From the NCBI GenBank assembly GCA_029851245.1, contig CP099826.1, forward strand, positions 104,281 to 136,280: a DNA stretch of 32,000 nucleotides, given 5' to 3'. How positions within the stretch are numbered: position 1 is the stretch's first letter; each line of letters starts with the position of its first letter. This DNA comes from Candidatus Saccharimonadota bacterium (GTDB taxonomy: Bacteria; Bacteroidota; Bacteroidia; Flavobacteriales; Blattabacteriaceae). The notes under the pieces were generated by a model. The model saw only the letters and a list, made by a program, of their open reading frames with translations, was not told where the DNA came from and ran no database searches. The translations under genes and the position numbers were made by a program. Positions 9,492 through 19,319 of this stretch are shown in pieces.

Positions 9492-11144
9492 ATGAAAATA
9501 AATTTTTTATCTAAAAAGATTTTAAAAAAAATATTATTAATAAATACAATTAATAATTATTATTCAATAATTAAAGAATTAATAGAAAATTCAATAGATG
9601 CAAATTCCAAAAATATTAAACTTTATTTAAATAAAAATTTAAATATTACTGTAATTGATGACGGTATTGGTATGACATATAATAATGCTATTATTTGTTT
9701 TTATAAAGGTACTACATCTAAAATAAAAAATGAAGTTGATTTATATAATAGAAAATATATTGGATATAAAGGAAATGCTTTATATTGTATATCTAATATT
9801 TCTATAATGGAAATTATAACTAAAACTAAAAATTGTAAAATAGGAATAAATATTATAATAAAGTATGGTAAAATAGTAAAAAAAATATTATGTTTTTGTA
9901 AAAATGGTAGTGTTTTTAAAATAAAAAATATATTAATTAATAATAATAAAATATTATTTAATAAAAATAAAAAAGAATATAATAAAATATTAAATATTTT
10001 ATATAAAATTATATTATGTTATAATAAAATTAATTTTTATTTTTATTATAATAAAAAAAAAATTTTAATAATTAAAAATAATAATTTTTTATATAGAATA
10101 TATAATATTTTTTTTAATAAAATTAAATATTATAATAATTTATTAATTTATTATTATAAAAAATATAAGAATATAAAAATAAAAATTATTATTTTAAATC
10201 CAAAATATAATAAATATTTTAAAAAAAAAAATTATAAATTTATATTTATAAATAAAAAATATATTAATAATGAAGAATTTTATAATATAATAAATTTATA
10301 TTTATTAAAGTATATAAATAAATATAAAATTAATTATTTTTTATTTATTAAAATTATAAATAATAATATTATTTATAATATAATTGATGATAAAATATTT
10401 TTTAATTATAATAATTATAAAAATAATAATTTTATAATTAAAAAAATTAAAAAATTTATTAAAAAATTTATTAATAAAATATATTTTATTAATAAAAAAA
10501 AAATAAATTTTTATTTTAATATTAAAAAAAAATTATTTTATAAAAAAAAGAAAAAAAATATAAATAAAAATATAAAATATATAAAAAATTATTTTTTTAA
10601 TTTAAAATATATAAATAAAATAGATTTTATATATAAAAATAAAAAATATATTTTATTAATATATAATAATAAAAAATTTATTTTAAATTTTAAAAAAATA
10701 AATAATATTATTACATATAATTATTTAAAATATTATAATTATAATAAAATTTTTTATTTTAAACAATTATTAATATTACCATTAATTATAAAAATTCCTT
10801 ATTATATTAATTATAAAAATTATAAAATTATAAAATTATTAATTATAAAGAAAATTAATAATTTTATAAAAATAAAAATTAAAAATAAATTATTATTTAT
10901 ATATTATATACCTATTAATTTAAATAAAAAAGATATTATAAAAATATTTAATAAATTTTTTTTATTATTAAAAAATAAAAAAAAAATTAATATAATTAAT
11001 ATTATATTAAAATATTATATTAATAATAATATTATTAATAAAAATATTTATTTTAAAATTAATATTTATAATATTAAAAATTATTTATTTAAAATATTAA
11101 ATAATAAGAAATATTATTTATTTATAAATATAAAAAAAATATAA
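9492..11144 (+). CDS. mutL: DNA mismatch repair protein MutL homolog with a highly degenerate C-terminal half
   Basis: GHKL ATPase motifs are present: IIKELIENSIDA, VIDDGIGM and GYKGNALYCISNIS. The remaining ~400 aa are almost only N/K/I/Y/F but keep the QLLILPL landmark of MutL C-terminal domains. Confidence 0.7.
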   Translation: MKINFLSKKILKKILLINTINNYYSIIKELIENSIDANSKNIKLYLNKNLNITVIDDGIGMTYNNAIICFYKGTTSKIKNEVDLYNRKYIGYKGNALYCISNISIMEIITKTKNCKIGINIIIKYGKIVKKILCFCKNGSVFKIKNILINNNKILFNKNKKEYNKILNILYKIILCYNKINFYFYYNKKKILIIKNNNFLYRIYNIFFNKIKYYNNLLIYYYKKYKNIKIKIIILNPKYNKYFKKKNYKFIFINKKYINNEEFYNIINLYLLKYINKYKINYFLFIKIINNNIIYNIIDDKIFFNYNNYKNNNFIIKKIKKFIKKFINKIYFINKKKINFYFNIKKKLFYKKKKKNINKNIKYIKNYFFNLKYINKIDFIYKNKKYILLIYNNKKFILNFKKINNIITYNYLKYYNYNKIFYFKQLLILPLIIKIPYYINYKNYKIIKLLIIKKINNFIKIKIKNKLLFIYYIPINLNKKDIIKIFNKFFLLLKNKKKINIINIILKYYINNNIINKNIYFKINIYNIKNYLFKILNNKKYYLFINIKKI

Positions 11145-11166
11145 ATTAATATTTACAATTAAAATA

Positions 11167-11239
11167 GGTAGATGACTGGATTTGAACCAGCATACTTCAG
11201 AACCACAATCTGATGCTTTACCATTAAGCTACATCTACC
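11167..11239 (-). tRNA. tRNA-His (anticodon GUG) with genome-encoded G-1
   Basis: Reverse complement: G-GTAGATG...TCAGA-TTGTGGT-TCTGA...GCTGG-TTCAAAT-CCAGT-CATCTAC-C. The extra 5' G pairs with discriminator C. No encoded CCA. Confidence 0.9.
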
Positions 11240-11313
11240 ATTAAATATATAATATAATATAATATAATATATATAATAATAATATTAATAAAAATTTAAA
11301 TTAAAATAAAAAA

Positions 11314-13005
11314 ATGTATAGAACACATAATTGTGGAGAATTAAATATATTAGATATTAATAAAAAAGTAATATTATCAGGATGGGTACATAATATTAGA
11401 ATATTAAAAAAATATATATTTATAGATTTAAGAGATTATTATGGAATTACTAAATTATTTATAAAAAAGAAATATTATTTATTTAAAATAAATAATGAAT
11501 ATTTAATAAGAATTAAAGGAATAGTAAAGAAAAAAAATAAAAATAATATAGAAGTACATGTATATAAAATAAATATAATAAATAAATCTAAAATATTACC
11601 TTTTAATATTAATAGTAATGGAATACCAAAGGTAAGTAAAAAATTAAGATTAAAATATAGATATTTAGATATTAGAAGAAAAGTAATAAAAGATAATTTA
11701 ATTAAAAGATCTAATATAATTAATAAAATAAGACAATATTTTTTAAAAAAAAAATTTATAGAACTTGAAACTCCATTATTAGTAAACAATACTATTGAAG
11801 GTGCTAGAAATTTTATAATACCTTCAAGGAATTTTAAAGGTAAATTTTATTCATTACCACAATCTCCTCAAATTTTTAAACAATTATTAATGATTGGTGG
11901 AATTGATAAATATTTTCAAATTGCAAAATGTTTTAGAGATGAAGATCTTAGAAAAGATAGACAAACAGAATTTTTACAATTAGATATAGAAATTTCTTTT
12001 ATTAATAAAATAAAAAATATTATTAAATTAATAGAAAAATTTATAAAATATATATTTAAAAAATTTTATAATCAAAGAATTATAAGATTTAAAAAAATAA
12101 AATATAATAAAGCTATTAAAAAATATAATACAGATAAACCAAATTTAATAAATAAAATATATAATATAAATATAAAAATTAAAAAAATAAAAAAAAAATA
12201 TAATATATTAAGTTTTATATTACCTAATTTTTTAAATATAAAAAATTTTAAAATTAATAAAATAATAAAAATAATAAATATAATATTTAAAAAAAAATAT
12301 AAAAAAATATTAATTATAAATAATAAGAATAAATATAATAATAATTTTAAAAAAAAAAAAATATTAAATATAATAAAAAAAAAATTTTTTTCAGAATATG
12401 ATATATTAATAATTATAATATATAATAATAATTTAAAAATAAATAAAAATAAAATATTTGATAAAATTAATAAATTATTATATAATGAAGCAATATATAA
12501 AAAAAATATATTAATTCCAATATGGATAATTAATTTTCCTTTATTTAAATATAATATAAAAAATAAAAAATATTATTCATATCATCATCCATTTACATGT
12601 CCAATAATTAATAATAATAAATTATCATATAAAAATTATTCTAAATCCTATGATTTAGTAATAAATGGAATAGAAATTGCTAGTGGTTCTATAAGAATTA
12701 ATAATTATAAATTACAAAAAAAAATTTTTAATTTATTAAAAATTAAAAAAGAAAATATTAATAAAAATTTTAAATTTTTTTTAAATGCATTAAAATATGG
12801 TGTACCTCCTCATGGAGGAATAGGAATTGGAATAGATAGATTAATATTATTATTATTAAATAAAAAAGATATTAAAAATTTAATACCTTTTCCTAAAAAT
12901 TATTATAATAAAGATATTATGTTAAATAGTCCTTCAAAAATAAATAATAATTATTTATTTAAATTAGGGATTAAAATAATAAAAAAAAACAAAATTTATA
13001 AATAA
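11314..13005 (+). CDS. aspS: Aspartate--tRNA ligase
   Basis: 563 aa. MYRTHNCGEL start, FRDEDLRKDRQTEFLQLDIE (motif 2), GVPPHGGIGIGIDRL (motif 3) and YNTDKPNL in the insertion domain. Confidence 0.93.
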   Translation: MYRTHNCGELNILDINKKVILSGWVHNIRILKKYIFIDLRDYYGITKLFIKKKYYLFKINNEYLIRIKGIVKKKNKNNIEVHVYKINIINKSKILPFNINSNGIPKVSKKLRLKYRYLDIRRKVIKDNLIKRSNIINKIRQYFLKKKFIELETPLLVNNTIEGARNFIIPSRNFKGKFYSLPQSPQIFKQLLMIGGIDKYFQIAKCFRDEDLRKDRQTEFLQLDIEISFINKIKNIIKLIEKFIKYIFKKFYNQRIIRFKKIKYNKAIKKYNTDKPNLINKIYNINIKIKKIKKKYNILSFILPNFLNIKNFKINKIIKIINIIFKKKYKKILIINNKNKYNNNFKKKKILNIIKKKFFSEYDILIIIIYNNNLKINKNKIFDKINKLLYNEAIYKKNILIPIWIINFPLFKYNIKNKKYYSYHHPFTCPIINNNKLSYKNYSKSYDLVINGIEIASGSIRINNYKLQKKIFNLLKIKKENINKNFKFFLNALKYGVPPHGGIGIGIDRLILLLLNKKDIKNLIPFPKNYYNKDIMLNSPSKINNNYLFKLGIKIIKKNKIYK

Positions 13006-13248
13006 ATGATTATAAAAAATAATAAATATAAAAAATATAAATATTATATTAATAAAATAATATTATTAACAAAAAGAATTTATAATCTTAATAAACATTT
13101 AAAAAAAAATAAAAAAGATTATAAAACTGAAAGAATTTTAATTAAAATTGTATATAAAAAAAAAAATATATTAAAGTATATAAAAAAAAAATATATTAAC
13201 TTGTATTATTTAATTATTAAAAAATTAAATATTAAAATTAAAAAATAA
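13006..13248 (+). CDS. rpsO: 30S ribosomal protein S15
   Basis: 80 aa. LLTKRIYNLNKHLKKNKKDYKTERILIKIVYKKKNILKYIKKK is colinear with S15 (LTERI..L..HLK.HKKDhhSrRGLl.lV.kRr.LL.YL). It has the conserved rpsO-pnp position. Confidence 0.8.
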   Translation: MIIKNNKYKKYKYYINKIILLTKRIYNLNKHLKKNKKDYKTERILIKIVYKKKNILKYIKKKYINLYYLIIKKLNIKIKK

Positions 13249-15341
13249 TGTACAAATATAAATTAATAAAACAAAAAATGTTATTAAATAATAACAGATA
13301 TATAACGATAGAGACCGGACAAATTGCTAATCAAAGTAATTCTTCTATAATATTAAAAATGGAAAATACTATATTATTATCTACAGTAGTATTCGGAAAA
13401 GTTAATAAAGAAAATATAGATTTTGTACCTTTAACAATAGATTATAGAGAAAAATTTTTTGCAGGTGGTAAAATACCAGGTGGGTTTATTAAAAGAGAAG
13501 GTAAACCTTCTGAACAAGAAATATTAACTATGAGATTAGTAGATAGATTAATTAGACCTTTATTACCAAAAAATTTAATTAATGAAATACAAATAATGAT
13601 AACATTATTATCATATGATTCTAAAGTATTACCAGATGGATTAGTAGGATTAGCAACTTCTTCAGCTTTATTAATTTCTGGAATACCATATTATGGACCA
13701 GTTTCACAAATTAAATTAGCAAGAATAAATAAAAAATTTATTGTTAATCCAAGTATAAAAGAAATAAAAAAATCTGATATAAATTTAATTATAGGAGGAT
13801 CTAAAAATTCTATATATATGATAGATGGAGAAATGAAAGAAATTAGTAATAAGGATTTTTATAAAATTATAGATTTTTCCCATAAAATTATAATTAAACA
13901 AATAAATTTTCAAAATTTATTTTTAAAAAAAATTAATAAATATTTAATAATTAAAAAAATAAAATTAATAAATATTAATAATAATAAAATTAAAAAAAAA
14001 ATTAAAAATTTTGTATATAAAAGATTATATAAAATTTCAAAAAAATATAAAAAAAAAAAAGATAGAAATAATAGATATTTAATATTATATAATAAAATTT
14101 ATAATAAATTAATAAATATTAATAATGATTATTTAATTAATAAATATTTTTTGTATTATAAAAAAAAAATTATAAGACAATTAATAATAAAAAAAAAATA
14201 TAGATTAGATGGTAGAAAATATAATAATATTAGAAATATATGGGGAATTATTAATTATTTACCAAATGTACATGGTTCTATATTATTTACTAGAGGTGAA
14301 ACACAATGTTTAACAACAGTAACTTTAGGAACTTCTTTAGATGTAAATAAAATTTATAATATTATTATAGAAGATAATGAAAAATTTTATTTACATTATA
14401 ATTTTCCACCTTATTCAATTGGTGAAATAAAAAAAATAGTAGGTATATCAAGAAGAGAAATAGGTCATGGAGCATTAGCTAAAAAATCTTTAATTAATAT
14501 AATAAATGATAATATACCTTATACAATTAGAATTGTATCTGATATATTAGAATCTAATGGTTCATCATCTATGGCAACAGTATGTGCTTCTTCATTAGCA
14601 TTAATGGATTCTGGTATAAAAATAAAAAATCTTGTAGCTGGTATATCTTTTGGAATAATTATTAATAAAAAGAAAAAAATTATATTATATGATATTTTAG
14701 GTGAAGAAGATAATTATGGAGATATGGATTTTAAAATTACTAGAACTAAAAAAGGAATTACATCTTGTCAAATGGATATTAAAAATATAAATTTTTCAAT
14801 AAATAATATTTTATATAAAATTTTAAAAAAATCTGAAAAATGTATATTAATAATTTTAAATAAAATGAATAAAATATTATCTAATTCTAGACAAATTATT
14901 AAATCAACTGCACCTAAATTTACTATTATTAAAATACCTAAAAAATATATAGGTATTATTATAGGAAGTGGTGGTAAAAATATTCAAGAAATACAATCAA
15001 ATACTAATACTAATATAATTATAAAAGAAAATAAAAAAGAAGGAATAATAGAAATATTTGGTAAAAAAAAAGATAATATAGAAAAAGTAATAAAAATTAT
15101 TAAAAATATTATTTTTATACCTAAAAAAGGATATATATATAATGCAAAAATAAAAAGTATAAAATGGTTTGGTATATTTGTTGAAATTTCAAAAGGTATT
15201 GAAGGATTATTACATACTTCTGAATTAATTATTAAAAATAAAAAAATTAAAAATCTTTATAAAGTAGGAAGTTATATTAAAGTAAAATATTTAGGAAAAA
15301 ATAAAAAAACAGGTAAAATACAATTATCTAGTAAAATATAG
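13248..15341 (+). CDS. pnp: Polyribonucleotide nucleotidyltransferase (PNPase)
   Basis: 697 aa with two RNase PH domains (FAGGKIPGGFIKREGKPSE; GSILFTRGETQ; RREIGHGALA; SNGSSSMA), then KH (IGIIIGSGGKNIQEI) and S1 domains. Its ATG overlaps the rpsO stop (TAATG). Confidence 0.95.
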   Translation: MYKYKLIKQKMLLNNNRYITIETGQIANQSNSSIILKMENTILLSTVVFGKVNKENIDFVPLTIDYREKFFAGGKIPGGFIKREGKPSEQEILTMRLVDRLIRPLLPKNLINEIQIMITLLSYDSKVLPDGLVGLATSSALLISGIPYYGPVSQIKLARINKKFIVNPSIKEIKKSDINLIIGGSKNSIYMIDGEMKEISNKDFYKIIDFSHKIIIKQINFQNLFLKKINKYLIIKKIKLININNNKIKKKIKNFVYKRLYKISKKYKKKKDRNNRYLILYNKIYNKLININNDYLINKYFLYYKKKIIRQLIIKKKYRLDGRKYNNIRNIWGIINYLPNVHGSILFTRGETQCLTTVTLGTSLDVNKIYNIIIEDNEKFYLHYNFPPYSIGEIKKIVGISRREIGHGALAKKSLINIINDNIPYTIRIVSDILESNGSSSMATVCASSLALMDSGIKIKNLVAGISFGIIINKKKKIILYDILGEEDNYGDMDFKITRTKKGITSCQMDIKNINFSINNILYKILKKSEKCILIILNKMNKILSNSRQIIKSTAPKFTIIKIPKKYIGIIIGSGGKNIQEIQSNTNTNIIIKENKKEGIIEIFGKKKDNIEKVIKIIKNIIFIPKKGYIYNAKIKSIKWFGIFVEISKGIEGLLHTSELIIKNKKIKNLYKVGSYIKVKYLGKNKKTGKIQLSSKI

Positions 15342-15349
15342 TAAAAAAT

Positions 15350-16231
15350 ATGAAAAAATTTAAAATTATTAAAAAATTAACTAATAAATATGAATCTAAA
15401 TCATTAAATAATTATTTACAGGAAATTAGTAATATACCATTATTAAAAAAAGAAGAAGAAAAAAAATTAGCTAAGATAATAAGTAAAGGTAAAAATAATA
15501 AAAATTATAAAATTGCTTTAAAAAAATTAGTTAATTCTAATTTAAGATTTGTAGTATCTGTAGCTAAACAATATCAAAATCAAGGATTAAGTTTATTAGA
15601 TTTAATTAATGAAGGTAATTTAGGATTAATTAAAGCAGCTTCTAGATTTGATTATAATAAAGGATATAAATTTATTTCTTATGCAGTGTGGTGGATTAGA
15701 CAATGTATATTACAGGCAATAGCGGATTATTCAAGATGTGTAAGATCACCTACTAATAAAATAGCTTTTTTAAATAAAATAAATAAAATTTCTATTATTT
15801 TAGAACATAAATATAATCGCAAACCTACTATTAAAGAAATTGCAAAATATTTATCAACTGATGAAAAAAATGTTGAAGAAGTAATTAGAAATTCTGGTAA
15901 ACATATTTCTTTAGATGCTCCTTTAATTGAAGGAGAAGATATAAATTTATATGATATTTTACATTCTAAAGAAAGTAATGAATTAGAAAATAAATTAAAT
16001 ATAGAATCTTTAAATAAAGATATTAAAAAATGTTTTAAAATACTTTCTAAAAGAGAAAAAAAAGTTATTATTTTATATTGTGGATTGTTTAAAAAAAAAC
16101 AAATGACATTTGAAGAAATTGCTAAAATATTTAATCTTACTAGAGAAAGAGTAAGACAAATACAAATTAGTGCCTTAATAAAATTAAAAAATAATAAATA
16201 TTGTAAAAATTTAAAAAATTATTTAGGTTAA
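15350..16231 (+). CDS. rpoD: RNA polymerase primary sigma factor (short Bacteroidota sigma-A type)
   Basis: 293 aa. Region 2 NLRFVVSVAKQYQNQGLSLLDLINEGNLGLIKAASRFD..KGYKFISYAVWWIRQ and region 4.2 FEEIAKIFNLTRERVRQIQ. Confidence 0.93.
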   Translation: MKKFKIIKKLTNKYESKSLNNYLQEISNIPLLKKEEEKKLAKIISKGKNNKNYKIALKKLVNSNLRFVVSVAKQYQNQGLSLLDLINEGNLGLIKAASRFDYNKGYKFISYAVWWIRQCILQAIADYSRCVRSPTNKIAFLNKINKISIILEHKYNRKPTIKEIAKYLSTDEKNVEEVIRNSGKHISLDAPLIEGEDINLYDILHSKESNELENKLNIESLNKDIKKCFKILSKREKKVIILYCGLFKKKQMTFEEIAKIFNLTRERVRQIQISALIKLKNNKYCKNLKNYLG

Positions 16232-16243
16232 CTATAAAATAAA

Positions 16244-16272
16244 AGAGATATAAATTATAAATTTATATCTCT
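16244..16272. terminator. Putative bidirectional intrinsic terminator between convergent rpoD and pfkA
   Basis: Perfect 13-bp inverted repeat AGAGATATAAATT-ATA-AATTTATATCTCT, flanked by an A-run on the left and T-rich sequence on the right. It sits 13 nt after the rpoD stop and 31 nt after the pfkA stop. Confidence 0.6.
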
Positions 16273-16302
16273 TTATTAAATTTTAATTTTTTTATAAAAT
16301 TA

Positions 16303-17280
16303 TTAATAAATATTATCATATATATTAATTATATTTTTATCAAATTTTTTTTTTTTTTTTTTAATTGATTCATTAAATGGTATATGTATAATTTTATTAT
16401 TATTAATACCAATTACTATATTAGTTTTTAATTTTATTAAATTTTTTATAGATTCTAAACCAAAATTAATTGCTAATATTCTATCAAAATATGTAGGTGA
16501 TCCTCCTCTTTGTACATGCCCTAAAATATTATATCTAATATCAATATTTTTAAATTTTTGTTTTATTAATTTATATATTGTTTTTGCAGAATCTCCTATT
16601 TTTTTATTTTCTGCTACAATTATAATATTGGAATATTTATTTATATTCCAATTTTTTAAAATATTATAAATATTTTTTAAATTATATTTCTTATTATTAG
16701 GAATAAATATATCTAATGCACCTATAGAAATTCCACTATTTAATGCTAAAAATCCTAATCCTTTTCCCATTACTTCTATAATAAATAATTTATTATTAGA
16801 ATATGCTGTATCTTTTATTTTTTCTATATTATTAATTATAGTATTTAAAGAAGTATCATATCCTATTGTATAATCTGTACCATATATATCATTATCAATA
16901 GTCCCAGGTATTCCTATTATTGGTACTTTATATTCTTTATATAATTTTTTTGCTCCTGTAAATGTACCATCACCACCGATTACTATTAATCCATCAATTT
17001 TATTTTTAATAATATTATTATATGCTTTTTTTCTACCAATTTTAGTTTTAAATTTTTCAGATCTGCTAGTTCCTAAAATAGTTCCTCCAAATGATAAAAT
17101 ATTATTTACTATAAAATTAGATAATTTTTTAAAATTTCCTTTTATTAAACCTTCATATCCATATTTAATACCGTAACAATTAATATTATTATTATTAGAA
17201 TAATTAACTATTGTTTTAATAGCTGCATTCATTCCAGGGGAATCTCCCCCTGAAGTAATTATTCCAATATTTTTTATCAT
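16303..17280 (-). CDS. pfkA: ATP-dependent 6-phosphofructokinase
   Basis: 325 aa. GIITSGGDSPGMNAAI, VIGGDGTFTGA, GIPGTIDNDI, MGKGLGFLAL and LGHVQRGG. Confidence 0.92.
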   Translation of the reverse strand: MIKNIGIITSGGDSPGMNAAIKTIVNYSNNNNINCYGIKYGYEGLIKGNFKKLSNFIVNNILSFGGTILGTSRSEKFKTKIGRKKAYNNIIKNKIDGLIVIGGDGTFTGAKKLYKEYKVPIIGIPGTIDNDIYGTDYTIGYDTSLNTIINNIEKIKDTAYSNNKLFIIEVMGKGLGFLALNSGISIGALDIFIPNNKKYNLKNIYNILKNWNINKYSNIIIVAENKKIGDSAKTIYKLIKQKFKNIDIRYNILGHVQRGGSPTYFDRILAINFGLESIKNLIKLKTNIVIGINNNKIIHIPFNESIKKKKKKFDKNIINIYDNIY

Positions 17281-17330
17281 TTATTAAATTAATATTTAAT
17301 AATTTTATTAAAAAAATTAATAAAATTAAA

Positions 17331-17615
17331 TTATATTTTTTCTATTTTCCAACCTTGTATAGAATTAATATATTTTGTAATACCTTCATTATTTATCCAT
17401 TCTTTACCTTTAATATTAATATAGATTTTTACTATATCATTAATTTTAAAATTGTTTAATAATTCAATTTTATCTTGTATAAAATCTATTATAATATTTT
17501 GTGGAAATTGTTCTTCAGTAATAAGAATTAAACTTTTTTTTTTAAAATTATTTTTAAAAATTTGTGTGTTAAAAATATCTTTAATTTTACCAATTAAATA
17601 TATATTCATATTCAT
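17331..17615 (-). CDS. Small conserved hypothetical protein, DUF3127-like (OB-fold-like, Bacteroidota-associated)
   Basis: 94 aa. The pattern G.I......Q.F.....KK..LILITEEQFPQ.I..DF..DKI.LL..FK..D.V...I.I.G.EW......T..N.I..WKIE recalls DUF3127 proteins. This is recognised from memory only, with no search run. Confidence 0.5.
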   Translation of the reverse strand: MNMNIYLIGKIKDIFNTQIFKNNFKKKSLILITEEQFPQNIIIDFIQDKIELLNNFKINDIVKIYINIKGKEWINNEGITKYINSIQGWKIEKI

Positions 17616-17635
17616 TTTTATTATTATTTTTATAT

Positions 17636-17671
<36 letters not shown>

Positions 17672-17792
17672 ATATATATAATTATAATTTATATTTTTTT
17701 TTATAATTATTTAAAATTTAATAATTAATATTATATTTAAAATAAATTTTAATTAATAAAATAATATTTATTAATAATAATATTATTATAAT

Positions 17793-19245
17793 TTAATAAA
17801 TAATTTTATTATCTTTAATTAAATAAAATTTATTTAATATTTTTCTTAATTTATCAGAATAATAAAATTCTTTATTTTTTCTCATTTCATTTCTAATATT
17901 TAAAATATTATTAATTAATTTAATATTAATATTATATTTATTTTTATTTTTAATTTTTAATCCTAAAATTTTTATAAAAAATATTTTTACTAAATTATAA
18001 ATTTTAATTAAATCTTTATTATTAATATTTAATATTTTATTTAAACATTTTTTTAAAATTTTATTTAAATTTAAAAAATTATATATTAATAAAGGAATAT
18101 TAAAATCATCATTAATAGAATCATAAAAATTTTTATATATTTTATCAATATTAATAATTTTAGAAGTATTTTTTTTAGTATTTATTTTATTTATTATTTT
18201 AAATATATTTTTAATTTTATTATATATTTTAATAGAATTAAATATTGAATTTTTAGAAATATTAATAACATTTCTATAATGTGTATTTAATAAATAAAAT
18301 TTTATTATAATAGGATGTATTTTATTATAATTAGTAATTTTTAATTTACCTTTAATAATATCATTTAATAAAATATAATTATTTAGTGATTTACTCATTT
18401 TTTTATTATTAATATTTAACATATTAGTATGTATCCAATATTTAGCTAAATTATTTTTATTATTATTAATAATATTTGATAAAGCAATTTCACATTCATG
18501 ATGAGGAAATTTTAAATCTATACCTCCTCCATGAATATCAAAATAATTACCAAATAATTTATTATTAATTGTAGTACAACCAATATGCCAACCAGGATAA
18601 CCATATCCCCATGGAGAAGCCCATTTCATAATTTTATTATTAGATTTTATCCAAATAGCAAAATCATAATTATTATTTTTTTCAAAAATATATTGATTAT
18701 TAATTACTATTTCTTTATTCAAATTAATATTATTTAATATATTACCATAATTTCCAAAAATTTTATTATATTTTTTAACATTTAAATAAATAGAATAATT
18801 ATTAAAATAAGCATAATTATTATTTAATATTTTTTTAATATTAATTATTTGTTCAATAATATAACTAGTACTTCTAGGTTCTATATTAGGAAATAATAAA
18901 TTTAATTTTTTTGTTACAAAATAATAATTTAATAAATACTTTTGTATTAATTCATTTGGGTTTTTATTATTATTTTTAAAATTTAAATTAAATTCTAAAT
19001 GACTAATATCAGTAATATTTTTTATATATTTTATATTATATTTTAAATGTTTAAAATATCTATATAATACATCGAAAAAAAATAAAAGTTCTTAAATTAC
19101 CTAAATGTATATTATTATATATAGTAGGACCACATACATACATATTAATATTATTATTATTAATAGGAATAAATTTAACTTTTTTATTACTTAAAGTATT
19201 ATATATATAAATATTATTTTTAGCATAATTAATAAATTTTTTCAT
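17793..19245 (-). pseudogene. cysS: Cysteine--tRNA ligase interrupted by a single +1 frameshift in a T8 (plus-strand A8) tract; otherwise full length and possibly still expressed
   Basis: The N-terminal frame (19245 down to 19063) gives [23 protein letters not shown], then RCII-stop. The +1 frame is open from 19091 down to 17793 and reads [70 protein letters not shown]. Removing one base from the A8 run at 19075-19082 gives the expected ...[12 protein letters not shown]... junction. Confidence 0.85.
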
Positions 19246-19319
19246 TTAAAATTATAATATTATTAATTAATTTTTAATTATTTTAAATAATAATTAATAT
19301 TATTATTTAAAATTAATTA

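Noticed and set aside
11240-11313. (ATAAT/AATAT)n-like low-complexity sequence upstream of tRNA-His, with similar sequence upstream of tRNA-Lys at 27140-27240, considered as a shared promoter or repeat element
   Set aside because: Both spacers are 100% A/T. Short shared strings such as ATAATATAATATAAT are expected by chance at this composition. I found no defined boundaries, inverted repeats or G/C landmarks.
11475-11789. 104-aa ORF on the minus strand inside aspS
   Set aside because: It is antisense to the clearly conserved aspS reading frame and has low-complexity F/L/I content. It is a chance open frame in stop-poor antisense AT-rich DNA.
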